Source: Balanoglossus misakiensis
Lineage: Eukaryota > Animalia > Hemichordata
DNA length: 64,000 nt
Direction: 5' to 3'
NCBI GenBank assembly: GCA_040954595.2
Contig: CM082579.2
Location: forward strand, 9,227,625-9,291,624
A model generated the notes under the pieces. The model made no database searches. It had not been told where the DNA came from and saw nothing but the letters and a program-made list of their open reading frames with translations. The translations under genes were made by a program, and so were the position numbers. The stretch's first letter is position 1. The number at the start of each line of letters is the position of its first letter. Below, piece after piece: positions 1 through 13,700 of this stretch.

Positions 1-526
1 CAAATATCTCCTGTAGTATACGCGAGGCTGCAGAGGCTTAAAAGTACCCTGTAAATCGGATAAGATTGCGATCGGCTGTTGATTTATATATTGCATGTCA
101 GAAGTCCCATACATTTTGCAGTATATCAAGAAAAGTCTTTCTTAAATTTCTAGATCCGAGATAATGTTTCATGTAAAGCTATGGGTAGAAAGTCGCGACA
201 GAAAAAAATGATGTCTGTATAGCATCGTCGTGTTTTGGTGTGTTTCTCTTCTTGGGCACCCACCAATAACTCATGCGTATCATCCCCCAAATGTGAGGTT
301 TTCTAACCGAGATTTATGCCTTTCTACAGTCGTACAGTAGTCTTAATATATCTACTCAGGAAATGAGAAAGAGTACTGGAGAAGCTTGAAGTGCATTACA
401 AAATAGGATTATTTCATTGACAACGTGCTCAGCAATGCCTAGAAAAAATCGTTTGGCTGCTTACTGTTGAAACTCCCGAGAAGAACTCACTTCGTCAAAT
501 ATTCTTAATTTCAACACTAGAAACTA

Positions 527-701
527 AGATACATAGATACATAGATACATAGATACATAGATACATACACACATACATACATACATACATACATACATAC
601 ATACATACATACATACATACATACATACATACATACATACATACATACATACATACATACATACATACATACATACATACATACATACATACATACATAC
701 A

Positions 702-735
<34 letters not shown>

Positions 736-758
736 CATACATACATACATGTACATAC
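527..758. repeat. (TACA)n microsatellite preceded by a short (AGATACAT)n octamer tract
   Basis: Read directly; explains the spurious MYVC-repeat ORFs at 495-813. Confidence 0.98.
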
Positions 759-2984
759 AGAGTCTATGTACAGCCAACAGATGATCTCCATCTAACAGTA
801 ACACAAGACTCAAGACTGTTCAAGAAGTTTACGAATATTTTTTGAGAAACAAACCGAAACGGATAACAGCTGTTTTACCGGGACATTTGCGACGTACGTT
901 CACACCTAGTACATTGTACTTTTCTTATTTTTTCTCTTCGGCGAGGCAAACGATATACGATTACAATTTACAAGAAAGAATCAGGTATCAGATGAGTGTG
1001 ATGATTAGGCGTTTGTAACACGACACTCCATGCAACGCAATAATGACATTTACTGTCGTTTAATCCAGATTTCCTCGACACTTTCCGAACAATTTATAGT
1101 CCCTGTCTCCGGAAGAAAATGTCATGACTCTAAAGTGGTCAGATGTTCTCATGTGTCCGATGAGAACTTTTTTCCATGATGCATGCGTGTCCCCATGATA
1201 TTAACACTTCATAGGGTGATTGACCGGTCATTAAATCAATACAATTACATGTACATGTACCTCTAATTCACATATGCCCATGTGTGATCTAAAAGGCGTG
1301 GTTAAATGATCATGTGAAGGCGCTCTTTTTTAGCATAGCCACTCATTAGTTAAAATCCGGGATTGGCTACAGTGGTAGTCGGTCTATTACAACAAATGGT
1401 TTAATGTAAAACGAAGATGACATGTTTGGGGAGAAGGCCTCCCGTAAATAAAGCTTCGTTTGGATGAAGTTAAATGAAGGACATGTTTTCTAACTGGCAG
1501 TGCGTAGATAATAATTAAAACACAAAATTAGACGAAACGTATTCTGTCGACCACAAGAGATATAAAAATGGCGTAGACTGGAATCATAGACATATAATAT
1601 CCCGTTTGCGAGGGTAAATCTTCATACACGACCGGCTGCCGATTGTCATTTTACGCGGCCATTTTACACTGCTTAGTCCTGATCACGCAGACTTTGCAGA
1701 TTCGATTTATCAATTATTTTCGACTTGTGATAAAAGAGCGTGGCCTTTTTTTTGACAGAATCAGCGGCGGAGTCGCGACCCGCCCAACTTGAAAGATGAG
1801 CGGCGCGTGCTTAAGGTGGATTCAATCCAGTGTTTGCGACCGAGGGATAGATGGCTCTGTAACTTCGGAAAGTGTGGTTTCCCATATACCCGAAGTTTCC
1901 ACGATGGTTTACGAGTTCGGCCTTCATCGCAGACGCCATCGTCGAGTCGCGCTGCGCGGGAAGCGCACCTCGCACTCTGTAGGGTAAAACGGCGATGCAT
2001 TTTAAAGGGTCATTTCAACCTTCCATCACCGTTCAGCTGTACGATACTTTCCCTCCCAATGAAATACCCCCCCCCCCCACCCCCCGCGCGCGAAAACTCC
2101 GCGGCGAACACACTATTTTAAAACTGCCATCTTATTCCACATAAACAGACACGGGAGCTGAATGGCGCTGCTATTCTTTCCAGAATTGCTTTGCTTCATG
2201 AACACGTTGTTAAATTCAACTGTACTCGCCTGAGGCATTTGTATGCACATTATTCATAAACGGTGTTGTATAACGCAAATATTAATTAATCGGTATTCAT
2301 TTAGTTTATTCAATGCGGGGACAATGCCTGGAATAACGCTGGTAGTATTGAGATTATGCTGTGGGTGTATTAAATGCTTAATTTTGATCTCTTCTAATTA
2401 TAAACAAATCCACAAAGCAATGTAATTTAGCAGTATTATTGACGTAAACGACCGCTGACATGCTAACCAATACCCAATACACTATGATGCCGAAGGAAGG
2501 ATGTCGTCTGAAACGTTCATTTGCATCAAAAAAGAGAAAAGTCGACCGTTTTGCGGAGATATTGGCGCAGGCTTACTAGGGGGAAACTGTCATATTGTAG
2601 GAACATTTACATAATGTTTACAGAGGGCATGTCTTCACGTACAGGTATACAATTGTTATTACCGACGATGCAGCTCATTTCCCGTTCGCTAATGTCGCCT
2701 TTCTTCGCCCAGAAAAAAAAGGCGCGCGTCGCGTTCTTTTACGTAATTGGAAAGCCGCGTGGCGGATTAATCAGCTATATCTCTTTTAGCCGCGCGCGAT
2801 AATCAATGTGGGACACTTTTTCTATGAAAGAAACGCTGGAATGACGATCACGGAAGTCGGGCGACCGTTATTATAATGGTGATTCGTTTTTTCTTCAGTC
2901 TAACATGACAAAAAGGCAAATGGTAAGGGATGCCTCTGGTAGTTAGGGAAATTAAGACGGCTGACGAAAATGACAGCCAGATGA

Positions 2985-3152
2985 GGTAATACGGTCACCT
3001 TTGCAAATTTAACCACTGTTACCATGGAAATTCACAGATTTTCAGTGGGTAGCTCACTCGAAATAAAGTGCACCACCAAATGGTCATTCGAAGACTTAGA
3101 CACGCCCTTTGACCATATATAGGCATATGTCAATTAGTGGTGACCGTATACT
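2985..3152 (-). mobile_element. ~170-bp MITE-like element (family B)
   Basis: Perfect 11-bp inverted repeat ATACGGTCACC (2989-2999) / GGTGACCGTAT (3139-3149). Its reverse complement aligns by eye along its length with 38809-38996 and in part with 1258-1320 and 24718-24765. Confidence 0.75.
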
Positions 3153-6100
3153 TACTCTCGTATAGAGCATTATGGGCAACAGGACTCTTCGTTAATCGTT
3201 GCCCTCTATTGACATTGTTTTGGTTATTTTTTATTTCATTTAGGGGAGTTGTTTGTGGGGTTTTTTAACGCTCAATCACCTGCTGTTACAGTTCAACACA
3301 TATCCTGTCTACGGACATGATAGTTAGTACTTTTACTATGTAATTTGTGCTATTTGTCAACAATTTAAGTAATGGGATCATTCGAATTATGTTCTGCTGT
3401 ACAGGGAGTGGGTTGAGCTACGGCAACTGTTCATTGAGCGGATTTCAGCGAGTACAACAACATAGACAACTGTACTACGAGAAGTTAAAACATATAGACT
3501 AAAAGTGTGTGAGCTACTGAGTCGCCTTAACATGGATAGAACACAACAGACCCAACGCCTGTGCCGTCACCCCTTATCAGAACAGATCACATGCTTACAC
3601 ACATCACTTGCACGATGCCAGCTTTCCTAGCACCTGTTTGCGCCGCGCATCACGGCATGTGTTTGATAGATAGAACGCGGCCGTTCCAAGCGAATGGTCT
3701 GTTTGGCATTTCCATAATATGCCCGGTGGCAAACGGTATGACGATTTATAGCGCTTGTTGGGGAACGCATCCCCCGAGGAATATCAGTGACTGTGATAAA
3801 CACCACACTTACTTCATGCATAAACCCTAGGTCTATGCTTTAAAGATATACACGGGCTCTCACATCGTCATTTGTACGGTAAAATATAGTTTGTGTCTCG
3901 AATTTAAAAAAAAAAAATATTGAAAAGGCCGACTTGCTTACCAGATCAAATGCATGGCATTATTATTTCTTTTGGAAAAAAGGTAGTACCAGTTGTTGAT
4001 GAGGTAATCCTCCGATGGTAGGTGTCCATTGGGTTTCAAATTACTACACGCATGACTCCAGAAGTGCGCTGGGTTCATCAAAAAGTGCCGATCGATTTTG
4101 CCGTTTAGCACATTCGCGTCACATTTCCAAATGATGAAGTAAGGTATACCACAGCGAGTTCATCAATAGAGGATACACACACACGCGCGCTCGTTAATTC
4201 AGTGAGGACGAGACGGGGAATTCGTGCACACAGCTTTGAGGGTTTCTAGAAAGTGGCGACGTTTTCACGTTGTGTCTGTCGATCTCCCAATCCCGCGAGA
4301 GGACTTCTTAATACCATGTCCGCTCGCTCGGTCGACTCGCTCGGCGATGTGCCCCAAATACGCGCGCCCGCGAACGCGCGTGTTCCCTCGAGATAGTCCT
4401 TCAAGTTATTACGTATAGCGTCAACATGACGTGTTGAACGACAGACACTGGCCGAGAATGTACACACACAACAGAAACAGTTCACTGTTCACGACCGCGC
4501 AGGCGTACTCGGCCGAATTCAAATTGCAGCTTTTGGCAGGTATGCGAAATGCATACAGCCGCAGTTTGCAATCAAGCGCTCGTGTGTATACACGGCTCAG
4601 GCGCGTCACAAAAGCGTGTCAATTGCATTAGCTAATTTGGGTGACAACGCATCACGGGATATCGCTGAGGTCGGCCAGACTGGAGCAAGGAAGAGGCATT
4701 GTGACTTATTAACATCGCCGATACATCACGCAGAAGGCAATCAAATTTGACAGCGAAAGAAAGAGCCAATACCGGCGTTAACCGCGTTAGCAGTTCCCGC
4801 CGCGAATGCAATACTATCTGATACAGTCGCGTTTCTGGCCAAAGAGACAAGGATGCACATTGCTTAGGCTGCACACACAGACGATCCAGTGCGTATTACT
4901 ACAAATGCAGTTGTTCAGCAGCAAATATGCTGGGTAAAACCGGGAACAAGCCGCTTGGACTGTTCCCTGAACAGCAATTTGCAAAAATAGTGGCTGGCTG
5001 CGCTCGAATGTTTTAGGAATAAGTGATTAGGCCTACAAGATGGCTGACAATTGCGGTTTATGTAAAGATGACACAATAGATCCAAACCGTCATTACTTTC
5101 CATTCACGAGCATTTTAACTTACCAGAAAAGACCCCCCTCAATGTCACGGTGGTCAACAATCGCACATCAGTGTCGAATAAAAAGGGACACATTTCCACA
5201 TTGCCCCCGACGGGTTAGATGAATTGCCGGGTCATTATGCCAAATCCAACGAAAAATGAGCGAATGTTCAAATTAAGCATTTAATCAGGTGAAATTAATC
5301 GCGCTGATCGCAGCTGTTGCCATGACAACTAACGATCAGTCGCCGTACGTTCTTAATTTTTTTTACAACCGGGCTGACATCAGCTTAATAAGGTGAGTGG
5401 TTACGTGTGCGGCTACCGTTTTCGCCTGACCTTTTCGGGTTCAGGAATGGGTACACTCATGTGTAACGAGGATGTATTGCAATGCTTTCAAACTCATTGG
5501 TATGCCATTCGCGTTTTGATGGGTGGTGCCCGGATAAAAAAAAATCAGTTCCCATCGACGGATGGTATTAAATAACTGGGGATTTTGTTTTGTATTCATT
5601 TCGGGTTATAGGGGCGGTGCATGCCAGGCATAATTCCCGATAAATAGATACATTTGATGTTCTGTGCAAATCAGCGCAGTGTCAACGAAATTGTTTCCCG
5701 TATTTCTTATTCCGTGTACCGACTATAGTTTCTTATTCGATGCCTTTAAAGCAGACAGTGTTTCTCTTCTCCAGTTCGGTCGACATTTCATTAGGAGACA
5801 CTGAATATAAGTCCAGACTTACACTTCACTCGGCAACAGTAAAACTGGTTACACGTTCGCTGCCCACTTCGACAAGCAAGTGCATTTTGGCATACTGTTG
5901 GGATCAAATAATATGCAGAATAAATATCCTTAGAAAGTAGACAACCGTTAAGGGTTATCAAAGTTTGCCATCGTTGGATATACCGAGTCCGTATAGTGTA
6001 CTCCCGTTGACGAGATTTATGTAATTCAATAAAAGTTGTTATAAATTACAAGTCAGATAAGAGCGTGATACATCAACATATAGTTGTAGTATATTTGTCA

Positions 6101-8649
6101 ACCCGCGAATATTTTCAATGACAAACAATAGACTACAAAACTCGAATATTCGTCTACGCGGGAGTGTAGTAACGTAGCATCTCGCGAGAATTGAAAGTAG
6201 TCGCGATGGGGTTGTTTCGGTACGTGTGTCGTAAATGTCCGACCAAGAAGAAATACAGCATGGCACCGACACCTGAACTCCTTTTTTTTGCCAAATCAAG
6301 TCTATCGCGCTCGTTGAGTTCGTGCATGGTCCCCTGCAGACAAACTGGAATCGACACGTTCTTCATGTTAGGCCCTCGTCGAAAATTACTTCGGTACTTC
6401 TGTGGGCAATCAAACTGTAACTGTGTAATTGACTCCTTTCGCCCTCTGACAGATCTCCTGTGCCCGTGAGAGAATTACTTCAAAGTATTGACGCATGGAG
6501 TACACTCAGCCCGGTCTTCAATCACCCCGCGAAGACGGATGGCACAACGCATACACGAATCAGCGAACTTCGTCTCGCCTGCTCTATCATACTTAACCAT
6601 GCACAAATCTCTATGCGCTTTAATTCAGCATAGTGTTATGATAGTTTTCAGAAAAATCACTTTTTTTCTAAACAACTGTCAGTGTACAGCAAATTGAGGT
6701 GATAAAGACGTTTACCCAACCGAAAATCAAACTTAATTAATAGTTTTGTCATTTGCAAATGATGCTTACAACCAGAACACTCCGCGTCTTACCTTTCCCG
6801 CCGTAAGTTCTATGCTGCACGATAACAGTGATTTATTAAGGTTTGACGACACTTTCAAATGATAATTTCACCAAGTACGCGAAAGGGATGTTGATCAACT
6901 CTCTTCATTTGGTCTAATCAAAATCTTATTTAGATGTACATGTAATGCGGAATGAAGGGTTTGACAGCATTACCAGATGTAATGGGGGTCTGGATACCAG
7001 ACTGTTTTTTTCCCCAAGACACACAAATTACAAGGTGACCTTGAAATCTGAAAAATATTTGAAAGAAATTACCGTGACACGCCGATTGCCGCCATGACAC
7101 TGTGCCAGAAGTAAGTCCTAGAGGAAACTATCATCAAATTAATGACAGACAACATTTTCACTAAAATTGAATTAGGCGTAGTGAACTAGAAACAACACGG
7201 ACAAAATGGCGCCAAAATCATCAGTGCACTGTCATGTGCTTAGTCGTAAATGTTGATATAAAGTGAAGTATTGTCGTGGCCAGTCTAGTTTTGTACATGT
7301 CATAGTGCGGATCTGATAAAAGAAAATCTTGGACGTTTGCCAATATTGCGATCAGGTCAGCGCACCTGTCGAGTACTTCTTCGAAAATTGGAGTGTTATC
7401 TGAAATATTAATCTGGTTTATTTATTTAGTTTGGCTCCCGTGTTCACACACGACAGCAACGTTGCACACGGGGAAGGGGGTGTTTTTTTTTGTTCATCGT
7501 CACATTTCCCGAAAACAAGAAAAGCGGACTCCTTTGCAAAAATCCTGGCCCAGGATATGACAAGAATACTTATCGAATAGTCCATGTAAAGATTGGTCCA
7601 ATTTTTAGAAGTGATTACAAACCGGAAGTCCAAAATGCAGATGTCTCATCCAGGGATACAATCCATATTCTCCTTGAGATCATAAACGACAACGTTTATT
7701 TAACAGACTATATTGATGTATTAATTATTCAGTAAAACAACCTCAATGCTCTATTTAACATCGACGTATACGGCAGTAACCGAAGGATTGCGATATTTTT
7801 TTCTCGATCTCTTTTATAGGTTACAACTTACGCTTTCTTTTGCCAAGCTTTTCAATCTGCAATATTTCTCAAAATGGCGTTTTTTTCTTGTTGTAAAGTC
7901 CCAGAAAAGTTTGCGAGGAAATTTTGCGAAACGAGAACGGGTGTCCATTTTTCGCTGAGCACGTCATCGCTCGGCCACTCTGAAATCACCGACTTCGGCA
8001 ACGACGGCGTCGAATCATAATACATGTATATTAAACCTGGACACTCTTTAATAATCACGCGACTACTGCACTCAAAACGACCTCTGTCGAGTCCTGATCC
8101 CGTCGGAAAATGACAAAGTGGAGTGACCTCTTCAAGTTCCCGCATGCGCGATCCATCACATCTTGAAGTATATGCACTTCTTTCCTGAACTCATCGAGGT
8201 TAACAAGTTCTTCACTGTGATGGTACAATGTCGATCTCATTGAGACTCCTCTGAATTCAGGGCACGTCTTCGCTATAATCGCCTCGTAATTGATCTTGGT
8301 TGTGGATCTAATTTGAGCCACGCGTTTCTAGAGCGCTAGAGAAAACAAACTTTTTTACTTGAATGGGTCGCCGTTCGTTTGTTGACGCATCATTGCATTG
8401 TTACAGTCTATTGCGTTTCATTAACTAATAGGGAGTAACAATAATCATGCCACAATGTTTAAACTTGGAAACGCGCTCGTTAAGTCGGGCCTGTAATGTC
8501 AAAATGACACCGACTGGAGTGTTTACGTCATAATACAAGCGTCACCAATGATCATATGTCGACCCGAAATGAAGGATGTATAAGCAACCTTGGTTAAGAT
8601 TTGTTACTTGCAGAACATCTTCGCTTAGAATCTATTTTGGGTGTCGCTT

Positions 8650-8843
8650 TTAAGGAAATATGCGCCTCGGGGACAGATTTGCAGAAAAATGATAGTCTTC
8701 ATACCCTTCAAAGTTTTCAGGGATTATTTGAAATCGGAGAAGAAAGGAGGTGCTCGTTGACCCCGATGTTTCATTCTCATTTTAAAAGAGAATAATCTAA
8801 AGTTTCCTTGAGCAAAATATGAGAGAAAGTTCAAGACCTTAAA
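8650..8843 (+). mobile_element. Internally deleted copy of a dispersed TTAA-flanked non-autonomous DNA element (family A)
   Basis: Starts TTAA-GG, ends CC-TTAA; shares the GAATAATCTAAAGTT...AGCAAAATATGAGA-AAAGTT block with copies near 40200 and 59980. Confidence 0.6.
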
Positions 8844-10403
8844 GGCCCAGAATATTTAAGTGCGTAATTTGTGACCTCTGGTACATGGTATCCGTAGAAT
8901 TCTACCCGTTAAATGACACTTTTACTATTTATGATATCCATTCGCGAAGAAATGGGCAGCTCAATTTAAGAGGTTTCTCGGCTCTTTTATTTTTAATTCC
9001 TCTCCGTTAAAAATTAAGAAGAGAATACAACGTCAGTATAGAACGTGGCTTACGTGGGTGGTATGAGAATTGATCGCATGATTTTCACCGGTGTATGTAA
9101 GTGGCCGTTCGTGCGTTCACATGGAAGCGGCCATATTTGAGTGGGACACCCGTTTATTATACAGCTTGCCCAAACCTTGCACTGGCAGTCCCCGGTCAGT
9201 CGTTAATGACACAGAATTATACGGTGACATTAATTACCGCCAAATGGAATTATGTAAATTCGTAATTATTTATGCCGGCTGCATATCAACCACCATTGGT
9301 ACTGAGAACAAACATGAAGCATGACAGGTTACACCGTCAGATCAGAAGATATCAGTGTGTCCCCTTGGACAAGATAACTCACATTATGGGATATCAGAAA
9401 TATTCCCCGCATATTTAACAATTGACAATCAAAATTTGAAGAAAAAAAATTAAGCAAAACCTGAACTATTTGTTATTTCACATCACGTAAGAGCAGTAAG
9501 GCTTAGGGAATGGTGGAATGAAGAAATATTTCGCTCTCCACTAGAAGGAATTCCAAATACAAATGGCCTGCAAATATATTGGTATTCCATACGCCGCGAA
9601 CCACTCGATCCGATTGGTGCGAGTATCATGATACTGACTTCATCGAGCATTTCTATAGACAGACAGGAGGTATATTTCGAGACATATCGGAGATTAACAA
9701 ATATAAAAAAGCGCACAATTTCCACTCAGCTAAACAGTACAGGATATATACGGCGATTCCGGTGAATTCATTGAGTTGGTGACTGTTATATTATACATCA
9801 ATTCAGTCCGTCTGTGCGCCGATGGCGGATGCCAATTTTAAGGCCATTGTCCGAAATTCAACAGTGGCGACAGCGTGAATTGACGAGTGACGGAGAGTCA
9901 GCCGCGGATTACGTAAACAGTGTCAAAAACCTAACGCGGAGTACTCGACTAATTTTGTGTGCGTGAAAAGAAAAAAAAGTTCCACTCCAATAGGCGCGGA
10001 ATAATGGCGCTGCTACGAGTTAGGATGGTGGCTGAGGGCAGTTTCATAAGCTTGATTAAGCCTGCACAATTTTAATCAGAGATAATAGTACAAGGTAATA
10101 CGTTCTAATGACTCGAATTTGGAAATCTGGCGTGAAGAGGGAAACGTGATTAGATTCGTTGTACTGAGCGGAGTATTTGCACTCCCAGCTCTATTTCACT
10201 GGCTAAGTTGCCAGCAGCTGGTTTGCGCATTTCTGTGACATTTCTGTTGCAAGGAAGAAGCTGGATGGATATATCAGTTTGCTCACGACACTGAGCTACA
10301 CACTTATGTGGAGATGTTGGTAACTAGATTGTAGTATCGTTCTAACTTGAACTGCTTTAATAAATGGACAATGCAATACAATATATTACAACATGCGGCA
10401 ATG

Positions 10404-10706
10404 CAGTACAGTACAGTACAGTACAGTACAGTACAGTACAGTACAGTACAGTACAGTACAGCACAGCACAGCACAGTACAGTACAGTACAGTACAGTACA
10501 GTACAGTACAGTACAGTACAGTACAGTACAGTACAGTACAGTACAGTAAAGTACAATACAGTGCAATCCGATCCAATCCAATCCAATCCAATCCAACACA
10601 ACACAACACAACACAACACAACACAACACAACACAACACAACACAACACAATACAATACAATACAATACAATACAATACAATACAATACAACACAATCTA
10701 ATCCAA
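10404..10706. repeat. Compound pentanucleotide microsatellite (CAGTA)n/(CAGCA)n/(CAATC)n/(CAACA)n/(CAATA)n
   Basis: Read directly; explains all ORFs at 10304-10820. Confidence 0.98.
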
Positions 10707-13700
10707 CCGCTGACGAATGGTGTGCGTATTAATCGAACCGAACTATCACCCATCGGTCATGACACGGAAGCGTTTGCAAATGTTTATTATCGAAACGCAT
10801 ATCAGTTTCATCTGGATTAAGAATTGTTGCATAAATGTTAAGGGGTCAAAGGCAAATGACCTTCCATGACATTGACATTTAAACGGCAACGCCCAGCAAC
10901 TTTCACAACGTCGGTCGAGAGCCGAAGGTGTGGCACAAAATACTGATAGTATATTGATGAAGTGTTAAGTGCGTGAACAGTACCTTGAAATTAATTTATT
11001 TCTAAGAGAAAAGGAAATTTCTTCAGTGAGACCTTCCCATCCATCGCAAACGAGAGAAACACGCTAAACAGTTTCTCACAGCCAAACGTTTCGCTGTATA
11101 CGTCTGCCTGTGATCGAAATGTACACAACCATTTACATATGGCCACGTCAGCGAGGTCTATTTATGGTTCGGATTATTAAAGTTGATGACGGATATCAAA
11201 TCCTTGGCCTTTAATGCATTCGCTATCGTATAAAGAAGCTGCCGGTACCACGAGATTCATTCAATTGCTTGACATGTGAAGATTACACGGTGTTGACCCC
11301 CGGCGTTTTGGCACAGCACAATCACGTGCATTTATAAAATATCAAGTCAAGACGACGACTGCGCGCCATTTACCCCTAGAGATAGTCGTATATCACTCAC
11401 AAGGACTCGAACACTTAGTACAACTTCAGACATTTTAGGAAAATTGCGCTTTGGAGCATGTAAAGAGAGGTTTTATTTTCTACGTCGGTAAAATGATATT
11501 TCTTTGTAAGGTGCCGAGGGGTGGTACTGCTTGTGAGCCTTGCGACACGAGGCAGAGCACCTTAACGGTTGCCGGCTTGTTGTATCTAACTCTTGTGCAG
11601 CCCTGCCGCGTGTGATCACATCCAATGAGAATTAGGCTTACAGTATTGCGTGCCGCGCCAACATGAAGTTACCAGGATGTTGCACTTTGTGTCATTATCC
11701 AAACTGGCGTACAGAGGTATGTCATGGTCATCACCAACATCGTGCTGAAGAGGGCGTGTCTGTCTCGACCTCGAACTCCATGGCGACTAGAATAAACAAG
11801 ATGGCCGAAATGGCAATACAAGACACACCTCGAAAGAGAGCGAATACTTGTACATGTACATGAATACACTAGCCAAATAACTCTCGTTGCGCAGCAACGT
11901 TTTCAGGAATTCGCTTCTATGTGGGCATTGGCTTTACATATACATTGTACTCACACAAGGGAATTCTACCTATAATCTGCATTGTATAGTCTGAAGTCAT
12001 ACATTTCCAGATATTTAAATGTATTGTGTTGTAGAACTGGACATCGTTTGTCGGATGTATATTTGTTTTTACTTCTACCCATTAGTGAAGTTGAGTCTGT
12101 GCTTTTCTTTCATGTACGAAAGCATCGTGTCGATATGACGTTGCAATCAGTGTGTATCGCGAAAGAGCAACGTTGGAAACTGACACATTCTTTTGCACAG
12201 AGAAAGCTATGACTGACAGGCTTTGAGTCTCTTTCAGGTCCGACATGGCATGTGGACAAAAGGCGTAATGGAGAATAATAATTTTCCCCAACAGTCACAT
12301 TGTTGGTGTTCTGATGAAAAATCTCGCCCTGTTCCATTCAGCTAATTCTTCCCATATTACAGTAATCTGAACCAGTTTTGAAGGAATACATGCATGCAAC
12401 AATATGAAACCCAACATTATGGGTTTTTGGCGTGTAATATTAAACACGGTACGTCACAGTGCTTTAAGCCAACTGCGATGCATTTTGATGGTATCGAAAT
12501 TACATTTCCGATAAAATAGAATTCAGAATAATATTTTGATGGGAATATTCGCAATTATGTTAATTGTGTTCGTGCATTGAGCGTCACCGTGGCTGGCCTG
12601 TAATTTGTCTCGAACCACAATGCGTTTTGCTTAATTAAAGTTCCCCCATTCCTTCCTTCCTCCAGGAATATACACGGCAGAGTTTTATATTGTCCGTTGC
12701 CTGACTTCTCCAGGAGATTGTAGAAATCAATTTCGCTCTCCGGGATAGTGCGAACAGCGGTAATTAGACGTTGCCCGTCAAATGGCATAATTGGAGCTGT
12801 GTGTCCTCAGGTGTCGTCGGCCTGTTTGCCGAAAACGCCTCACCTTTTACCGTGCGTGGGAGAGAAAACGTGGGGGGGGGGTGGGGGCAATCACTTATTA
12901 CTATCAGAGCCTGCGCACTCACACACGTCAAGCATACGCCCAGTAAAAGAGTTAATTTGCCGTCATTGTTTCCCTTGACTTATCTTCTTATGTAACTCAA
13001 AGGAAAGAAATTGGCGAGACGGCAGTCCGTATCTGATTTGACGCCACGAGGTTAATAAATGCCGCCCTTTTACTCCGTCAAGATACACCTCAGAGACACG
13101 GGAGAGCAAAACTTGAGAATAATGTCTTGTGTTTTTTTTAGTGCGAGTCTTAAGGAAGCGTTCCATGACCCCCGCCAGTTACTCCCTAACATAATTACTG
13201 TTACTTGTAAAAATGACATTTCCCGCCGATCTCGCCCGACACTATCAAAAATCAATCAGGCTTCGCGCGTTTTTATCGTACGTTTTCAGATTTATAGCGT
13301 TGAACTCTGGTAGCGGGTGCCCGCCGGCGTAAGTCTCCTCCGCACTACCGAACGGCGGTCCAGATTGACTCCGAGGGCGATAGGTCGTACCTGCCAACAC
13401 GCTGAATTAACTAAATTTCGCGAGTTGTTAATCAAATCTCTCGAATGGATAGCTACTGGCAATTCTCGGAAGACACATAAGCAGTTGGCAATCATCCGCT
13501 GGTGGTTTGTGGGTCTCACGCGAACAGTTTGTTGCCCTGCAGATGTACAGCATTCCCGTTACTATTATGACCCTTGTTTGAAATTCGCTGTGCGCACCTT
13601 GAACAAAGGCCTTAAAGTCACACAGTAGTAAATGTGTATTCTTAGACACGAATATTTGACCATGCATGTAAGTAGGTACATACAAACTGGAGAAGACCGC

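Noticed and set aside
46-100. TACCCTGTAAATCGGA resembling miR-10
   Set aside because: The match fails after about 9 nt, the hairpin is weak, and the TTAAAAGTACCCTG context looks like a MITE terminus.
9540-9782. Possible plus-strand exon (open frames, weak AG and GT sites)
   Set aside because: Two frames are equally open, the splice signals are poor and there is no recognisable similarity.
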